Origin: Ascoidea asiatica JCM 7603
Taxonomy: Eukaryota; Fungi; Ascomycota
Reading direction: 5' to 3'
NCBI GenBank assembly: GCA_001600695.1
Contig: BCKQ01000002.1
Span: 951,184-1,015,183 of the forward strand
DNA: 64,000 nucleotides
The notes beneath the pieces are model-generated. The model did not search any database and was not told the origin of the DNA. It saw only the letters and a program-made list of their open reading frames with translations. This document shows positions 57,814-64,000 of this stretch, in pieces. A program made the translations under genes and the position numbers. Position 1 is the first letter of the stretch. Each line of letters opens with the position of its first letter.

Positions 57814-60800
57814 ATGAATACGATTCCAATTCCTTCAAGATTTCCTTCTTCTGTAGTATCAGCAAATAATTATCTGGAAATTGATAATGATAATAATAAT
57901 ATAAATAATAACAATAATAAAGATACTGCTTTAGTATTATCAACTTTACAATTAATTCAACATTTTGATAGATCAACAGTTAAAGATTTGATTCATCTTT
58001 TAACTTCAGAAATTAAAAAACATGGTTCAAAAACTCCATATATTTTTTTACCTTTTAGATCTCAAAATAATGATAAAAATTTATCTTCATTTTTAACAGA
58101 AATTTTATCAAATTTAAAAAATTTAAATTTAATTAAATCAATAATACGAAAAACTGATGTTTTTACTTTAATGTCTGCTTTAAAATATATTTGGTGTAGA
58201 TTACCAAAAGATTCAATTATTGGTTGGGATTCTTATTTAAAATTTAAAAATCATGAAAAGTTTTTAAATTATCCAAAAAATGCATTTTTAGAAATTATGC
58301 CAAGTTGTTTACCTTCTGCTGATTCGGCTTCAATCGTCTATGATTTTTTAGATTTATTAGTTAGAATTGCTGCTTATACTAAAGAAAATAAATTATCTGG
58401 TAGAAAAATATCAAAATTAGCTGGTTTATATGCCTTTGAAGGTCCATGTCCAATTTTTCCTTCAAATAATAATAATTTTGAAGATAAACAAAAATCTTTT
58501 TCAAATGGATTAGAATCTTGGATTCCTGCCGCCGATGCAACTTTTCATTTACTTTTATCTTTTTTAAGATCAATGACTCCAGATGAAGACTCAAAAAAAG
58601 TTCAAATCCAAAAACCTTTATTGAATTTAATCAATTCAAATGCCTATCCACCTGAAATTACTCCTTTTTCTATTAGAAAATCTTTAAATCCATCTTCTAC
58701 AAAAGCTCAATTAATTACAATTCCTTTAATAACAATATATTCTCAAGTTTTAGCTTCGGATCCTTTAGATTTAATTAAAACTACAAGTAAAACTTTATCT
58801 TTCGAAAGATCTGATTTATTTGAAAATCAAAATGATTATCAAATTTTAAAATCTTTATTTAAAGATATAAAAAACAATAATTCTGCTTATATTTATAAAA
58901 AATTAACTAAAGAATCTGGTGGTGTTGTTAAAAAATTATGTGAAGAAAATAATACGTCTTTACTAAAAAATGGTTGGGCTGATGAATCTGATATATTCTC
59001 AAGTTCTATAAATTCAACTTCAACTTCAAATTCTCATGATTATGATGATGATGTTCATATTAATTCTAATTTGCCTTTACATAAAGCCACTGTTTCAAGT
59101 ATTCCTATAGATGATTATTATATTTGGGCTTGGATGTCATCATTATCCCCAGAATCTTCAATTGTTAAAAGATCTCATTTTGGAAATTCATTAGTAGCAG
59201 AGTTTGAATATCAAAAAGATCAAGTTAAATGGATCATAATCCAAGAGGTTAAAATGGAAGATCCGAGTAATCCTCAATTTCAAAAACAAATTAAAAAGGA
59301 AAAGTCTAAGAAAGATTCTTTGAAAAATAAAAAATCAAAAGATTTTATCGATTTCGATAAACCAATTCCTATGATGGATGACGATTATAATGACGGTGAT
59401 GTAACTAGATCAAGTAGTCATTATACTACTAATACAAATGTTTCTTCTAGTCGTAGTAATAGTATGAGATCCTTTTCTGGTGCAAAAATTAAAAAAATGT
59501 TTACATTCAAACATAAGAAAAAAGAAGAACCTAAAAAAGAAGATTTTAGATTATCTAGATTCATTATAGATGAAGGTATTGGTGAACTCCCAGAGATCCA
59601 GACAGATAATTATAGACTAAGTATGCCATTAGGCCAATTTAATTTTGATGATGTAGCCAATTCCAATGGTGGTAACAAAATATTAATTTCTCTGTCTCCA
59701 GAAGAAGAAGCTAATAACCAGAGTTCTCTTACTTTGACTGATAAAACTGAATCTCCTAAGAAAAACATATCACCTAAAAGAAAATCGATGTATGATGAAT
59801 ATTTTATTTCCAATGATATCATGCTATCTCCTCCTGTATCCCCAGATAGAATCAAAAGTCAATTTTTTGACGATGAAAGTAGCACAGCTAGTAGAAATAG
59901 TCTAAAGGACATAGTTAATTTACTTGATGATTTAGTTGTTCAATCAGACGAGGTCGAAAAACAACTACATTCCTCTTCTTCTATCACTCCTGATCAAAGC
60001 CGTCCATCAACATTTAGTACAAATGACAAAGAAGTCAGAGAATCTATAAGTACAATAGACTCTTTAAATTCATCTTCAATAAAGAAGGTAATTTCCCCAG
60101 TCTCCACTGCTATACCAAATCCTTATTCCAATGAAAATATTGATGTATATCCCGAACCGACTGTTTCTCCAGTGGAAATGGAATTTAGTAATATTAACCG
60201 AAATGAAGAGAGTCAATCAACTCCAAATTTAAGAGCACCTACCATAGCAACTAAAAGGAATAGTTATCATCTGATAAAAAGTACCTCTCCGATTAGAAAT
60301 TCTCCATTACGTCAAAGGATGAGCTTTGATGGAAATGGTGAAGAACCTGTAATTCAAGAGTATTTAGATGGCTCTCCAGAGAATCCTTCTCAAATCATTC
60401 CTGTTGTATCTGATAATTCCAATAAATATCCAAATTCTTTAAACTCAAATAAGTCAAATCGTTATTCTGCTCAGTCTTTTCAAAATAATCCGCAACATAC
60501 CTTACCTCCACCACCTCTTCTGAATCAACAACAACCTACTCAACCTCAACATCCCGTATATAATTCCCAACAACAACAACCACCGCAACAACATTATCCA
60601 ATTGCACGAGAAGTTGAACCGCAATATCAAAGTAATAATTCCGTTCAACAAAATCAATTTTACGATACAAGAAGTTCACCTCAGCAAAACGGATCATCAA
60701 CAAGTGTTCACAATACTAATGGACCTCCTGCTGGGACAAGTCCATATGGTCAACAGCCAAATAGAACCTCTAGACCCAATAGCTTTGACCAAAGACCTCA

Positions 60801-61779
60801 GTCATATGATAATTTCAATAATCAATACAAAAGAAACTCAAATTCTCCAGTTAAAAGGGTACCTAATCCATATCCCCAAGGTGCTCCTCAACCAAATGCT
60901 CCTCGTATTGCTCCTCCACTGCACAACCCACCTCCACCTTCTCGAAATCCACCTAATATTCAAGGAAATAGTCCCCAAAGTCATCCACAACAACCTATGA
61001 CACAACCTCCTCCAAATAATGGTTATTACAACAATGATTACCCTAAAGATCCAAACCCTCAACAAAATTATTATGATAATAATTATCCTCCTAACCAACA
61101 AAGAATGCCTAATGGGCCTCCTGGGAACTATCCTCCTCCACATTCTCAACCTCAGTATATTCCTCAGCAACCACCCCAAAATCAACAAGAATATTATTAT
61201 AATCAAAATAATGGTTATAATGAAGGTGGTTATTATCAACCGCAATATCAAATTCCACCATCACAACAATATCAAGGGCCACCACCAGCCCCTTCAGGAC
61301 CTCCAGGACCACCAGGACAGCAAGGTCAATATCGAAATAGCATTCAAAAAGCACAACCATATAGAGGTGCTATAAGATATCCAACATCTAGAAACTCAAA
61401 TCCTATACAACCACCACCTCCAAATATGCCTTACAATCCAAACCCTAACCATAGTCCAAGGCTACAAGGAAATCAACCTTCTCCTATTCAAGTTCCTGGA
61501 CCCAATGGTCAGATATATTCCCCTCCTGTAAATGGAAACAATTTTTCTCCAGCTCCAAGAGGACAAAATTATAGAAATTCTGGCGGACCCATGTCACCTT
61601 CAATGCCATCAAATCCATATGGTCAGCCTAATCCCAATCCACCAATGTCTAGAAGTGATTTAGCAATAGCTAAAATGCCTCCTGCTTCTGGATTTAGTAA
61701 ATTGCATGGCCCTGGTAGCAAAAAGTCAGATAAGAAAAATTTAAGAGCTGCTTTAGTAGGAGGCGATTTTGGAATTTAA
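57814..61779 (+). CDS. MSB1: Msb1 morphogenesis/polarity protein (N-terminal RhoGAP-like fold, Pro/Gln-rich tail)
   Basis: IH..T.EIK..G...PYIFLPFR, LKYIWCRLP, YP..AFLEIMP.CL, IVYDFLDLL, NKLSGRKISK, IDDYYIWAWMSSLS, and C-terminal KLHG...GDFGI. Confidence 0.92.
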   Translation: MNTIPIPSRFPSSVVSANNYLEIDNDNNNINNNNNKDTALVLSTLQLIQHFDRSTVKDLIHLLTSEIKKHGSKTPYIFLPFRSQNNDKNLSSFLTEILSNLKNLNLIKSIIRKTDVFTLMSALKYIWCRLPKDSIIGWDSYLKFKNHEKFLNYPKNAFLEIMPSCLPSADSASIVYDFLDLLVRIAAYTKENKLSGRKISKLAGLYAFEGPCPIFPSNNNNFEDKQKSFSNGLESWIPAADATFHLLLSFLRSMTPDEDSKKVQIQKPLLNLINSNAYPPEITPFSIRKSLNPSSTKAQLITIPLITIYSQVLASDPLDLIKTTSKTLSFERSDLFENQNDYQILKSLFKDIKNNNSAYIYKKLTKESGGVVKKLCEENNTSLLKNGWADESDIFSSSINSTSTSNSHDYDDDVHINSNLPLHKATVSSIPIDDYYIWAWMSSLSPESSIVKRSHFGNSLVAEFEYQKDQVKWIIIQEVKMEDPSNPQFQKQIKKEKSKKDSLKNKKSKDFIDFDKPIPMMDDDYNDGDVTRSSSHYTTNTNVSSSRSNSMRSFSGAKIKKMFTFKHKKKEEPKKEDFRLSRFIIDEGIGELPEIQTDNYRLSMPLGQFNFDDVANSNGGNKILISLSPEEEANNQSSLTLTDKTESPKKNISPKRKSMYDEYFISNDIMLSPPVSPDRIKSQFFDDESSTASRNSLKDIVNLLDDLVVQSDEVEKQLHSSSSITPDQSRPSTFSTNDKEVRESISTIDSLNSSSIKKVISPVSTAIPNPYSNENIDVYPEPTVSPVEMEFSNINRNEESQSTPNLRAPTIATKRNSYHLIKSTSPIRNSPLRQRMSFDGNGEEPVIQEYLDGSPENPSQIIPVVSDNSNKYPNSLNSNKSNRYSAQSFQNNPQHTLPPPPLLNQQQPTQPQHPVYNSQQQQPPQQHYPIAREVEPQYQSNNSVQQNQFYDTRSSPQQNGSSTSVHNTNGPPAGTSPYGQQPNRTSRPNSFDQRPQSYDNFNNQYKRNSNSPVKRVPNPYPQGAPQPNAPRIAPPLHNPPPPSRNPPNIQGNSPQSHPQQPMTQPPPNNGYYNNDYPKDPNPQQNYYDNNYPPNQQRMPNGPPGNYPPPHSQPQYIPQQPPQNQQEYYYNQNNGYNEGGYYQPQYQIPPSQQYQGPPPAPSGPPGPPGQQGQYRNSIQKAQPYRGAIRYPTSRNSNPIQPPPPNMPYNPNPNHSPRLQGNQPSPIQVPGPNGQIYSPPVNGNNFSPAPRGQNYRNSGGPMSPSMPSNPYGQPNPNPPMSRSDLAIAKMPPASGFSKLHGPGSKKSDKKNLRAALVGGDFGI

Positions 61780-62800
61780 ATCTACTTTAATGTTACACTC
61801 TTGTTTGTGTTTTGTTTTTTTTATTAAAGTTATTTTACTTTTAAAAATAAATCTGTGTTATTTTTTCATTGCTTTTTTGTTTGTTATTTTTTTATTAGAT
61901 GTTAAAGTTGTGTTATTTTCTTTTTCTTTATTTTTTCTCTTGTATTTCTATCCTCAAGCGATACTGAAGTAATTTACGTATTAAAACTCATTGAATTTTT
62001 ATTATTATTTTTTTTCTTTATTTTCTCTTCATGCTATATATATATATATTAACATATTGATATTGAGTCTTTATCATTAGTCACTCTACTATCAAAAAAG
62101 TGCTTTCCTTTAAGAAATAATTATATTTTGTCTTATTTCATACTACTAGTGATAAAATTACTTTCTTTTCAAAAGCATTAATCTCCTAAAAAATGAAATT
62201 TATGAGAAAATTGCTATAAAGCTAAGGTTGATTTTGCATGGAGACTAAATACTATTAACTGCTAAAACTTTAAATTCAGTTTCCTACAAGCTTTATTTCA
62301 AATATGGAATTCAATTTTTTTAGTTCATTATTACCAATATCAGAGTAATAATGTTTTTGCAGTTTAGTATTGTTGTTATATTCAAACTATAATCAAGCTC
62401 AACAATTCCTGAGTAATTTAGTCAAGTTACAATAATATGGGATAATTGCAGTTCTTTAATGACCCTTTACAATTATCCATTAAACTAATTTTTTTGAGAA
62501 AGGCTTTAAAATTTTATGTGATTTTTAACTGATTGTAGATTAAATAGATAAATCCTTCAATCGTATTTTCGATTAAGATCACAATTAGATAACAAACTAC
62601 GAATTGATACCATCATTTCCCCACAAAAAGTAGTCATCAATTGATCATAGTATATGCTCTTTCCATAATAGCAAACCAGATCAAATAGAAAATCTTCTAT
62701 ATTAAAATATGGAATAATATTGAGACATTATTACACCATACAATAGAAGCAATATAATAGATTTGGGTGGAATATATTATTGTATAAATATAAGAGCTTA

Positions 62801-62824
62801 TTTCCTAATCCGGTCACTTCAATG
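62801..62824. promoter_or_regulatory. Composite Mcm1 site + CATTG (MATa2-like) element, distal copy
   Basis: TTTCCTAATCCGG-TCACTT-CAATG: an Mcm1-type CC-N6-GG box, a 6-bp spacer, then CAATG (CATTG on the minus strand). Confidence 0.65.
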
Positions 62825-63040
62825 ATGATTCTTAACTCGAATATAAGAGTCTCAGCCAACAAAAATGGTATTTCAGGGCAAAGCAATACAAAGATTCGAT
62901 TTGAAGCTATTAAGGGTTTCCACAACAATTCAAAAATCATTGGGCAAAATTATAAACTGGAGGTCAAAGCCAAACGTAGTGAATTTCTATACCAGTTCCA
63001 CAACTTTAAAAATAATTGTTGAAAAGTATGTGATAAACTT

Positions 63041-63064
63041 TTTCCATTTTAGGTGATTTCAATG
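63041..63064. promoter_or_regulatory. Composite Mcm1 site + CATTG (MATa2-like) element, proximal copy
   Basis: TTTCCATTTTAGG-TGATTT-CAATG: a perfect CArG box CC(A/T)6GG with the same spacer length and CAATG as the distal copy. Confidence 0.7.
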
Positions 63065-63255
63065 TAATAAAACTAAAAATTAGAGCATTTGTCTTCACAT
63101 TAACAAGTCTCCACAAAAAACTATTCGCTTATTTTTCCATACATTGATTAACACACTCTTTAGTAAAAAACTCGTCTTTTCTGATGCGCCATTAATGAAA
63201 ATCTTTTTATAATTCATGGCAAAAAATCAATCATAATTCCTTATTACCAAAATGA

Positions 63256-63261
63256 TATAAA
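63256..63261 (+). promoter_or_regulatory. Candidate TATA box of the pheromone gene
   Basis: TATAAA about 105 bp upstream of the ATG at 63363; weak evidence in AT-rich DNA. Confidence 0.3.
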
Positions 63262-63362
63262 TTAGAATGGTTATCCATACTTCTAAAATAAAATGATCTA
63301 TATTTTTTTTTAATTATCAATTATCAATTATTATAATTATTTAACTCTAACTTCCTCTCAAA

Positions 63363-63561
63363 ATGCAATCTTCTTCAAACACTCAATCTCAAACTCCAAA
63401 AGATCAAGATCTTCCAGGTATGTAATGTCATCTCTCATTTAGAGAAATAGAACAAAATTAAAAAAATTGCTGTCTCCTCACCCTTTTGCATAGAATATAA
63501 TTGCTAACAAATACTATTAATAGATGGTACAACCGTTCCTTCTGGATGTGTTATTGCTTAA
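63363..63561 (+). CDS. MFA1: a-factor-type lipopeptide mating pheromone precursor, two exons: join(63363..63417,63524..63561), 30 aa; not in the ORF track
   Basis: AAA-ATG context. Intron 63418-63523: GTATGT donor, TGCTAAC (63502), TAG acceptor. The spliced product MQSSSNTQSQTPKDQDLPDGTTVPSGCVIA* ends in the CaaX box CVIA, identical to S. cerevisiae a-factor. It has an MQ start, a polar pro-region and two upstream Mcm1 composite sites. Confidence 0.88.
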
Positions 63562-64000
63562 ATTATATATAAAATCCTCAGTGGGTAATTTTAAAAGATG
63601 CTTTAGATACGTTTGATTTATGATATACATTTATTTGCTATGCTACAATATTATATCTAGGGTAAATTGTTTCAAAAGCATTCCCTCATTTTTTTTTCCT
63701 CTTACTTCTTAATCTTCATTTCAAATATGAATCACAAACAATAAAACTGCAAAAATTTTTTTTTGATGAATAAATATCCTTTTTGATTGAGCGATAATTT
63801 CTTTAAGCAGTAGAATGTATTTTCATGAAAATCAAAAAAAAAAAAAACTTTTTGCTCTTCTCTGCAATTATTAAGCATATCTTCTTCTTAATACCAAAAT
63901 ATATTTACTTTTGAATCCCGAAATTGAGACCAATAATGGAGAACTAATCATTAAAAATGTTAGAGCCGGGTTTATGCAATGGCAGCACAATTTCAGCACC

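Noticed and set aside
62731-63056. Short overlapping ORFs upstream of the pheromone gene
   Set aside because: No homology and mostly non-ATG starts; the region is better explained as the promoter carrying the Mcm1 composite sites.
27386-63561. Apparent functional cluster of polarity and mating genes (KEL1, GIC, PIN2, MSB1, MFA)
   Set aside because: Interspersed with unrelated genes and partly explained by ancestral synteny; no shared regulatory motif was found.

Overview
Very AT-rich, Asn-microsatellite-rich nuclear DNA from a budding yeast (Saccharomycotina) with short spliceosomal introns. The style is reminiscent of Ascoidea-like CUG-Ser2 yeasts, but the species cannot be confirmed. About 19 protein genes, in order: PIH1 (5' partial), AVT3/4 transporter, DTD1, an orphan secreted Cys-repeat protein, aquaporin AQY1, a strongly diverged KOG1/Raptor, TDA11, PEX20/21-like, KEL1, a YDR306C-type F-box protein, a GIC-like CRIB protein, a PIN2-like protein, PIB1, DAD4, NOP10, SWA2, ECM38 (gamma-glutamyltranspeptidase), MSB1 and an a-factor precursor. 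Main hidden signal, absent from the ORF track: a 30-codon, intron-split a-factor-type pheromone precursor (MQSSSNTQSQTPKDQDLPDGTTVPSGCVIA, 63363-63561). Its CaaX box exists only after splicing, and it is preceded by two identically built Mcm1 + CATTG (MATa2-like) composite sites. Also recovered by hand: a 3-exon DAD4, an intron that changes the NOP10 C-terminus, the PIB1 intron with an AAG acceptor, and an F-box gene that seems to start at GTG. No tRNA, rRNA, mobile element or CRISPR was recognised. Homology calls rest on remembered motifs, not database searches.
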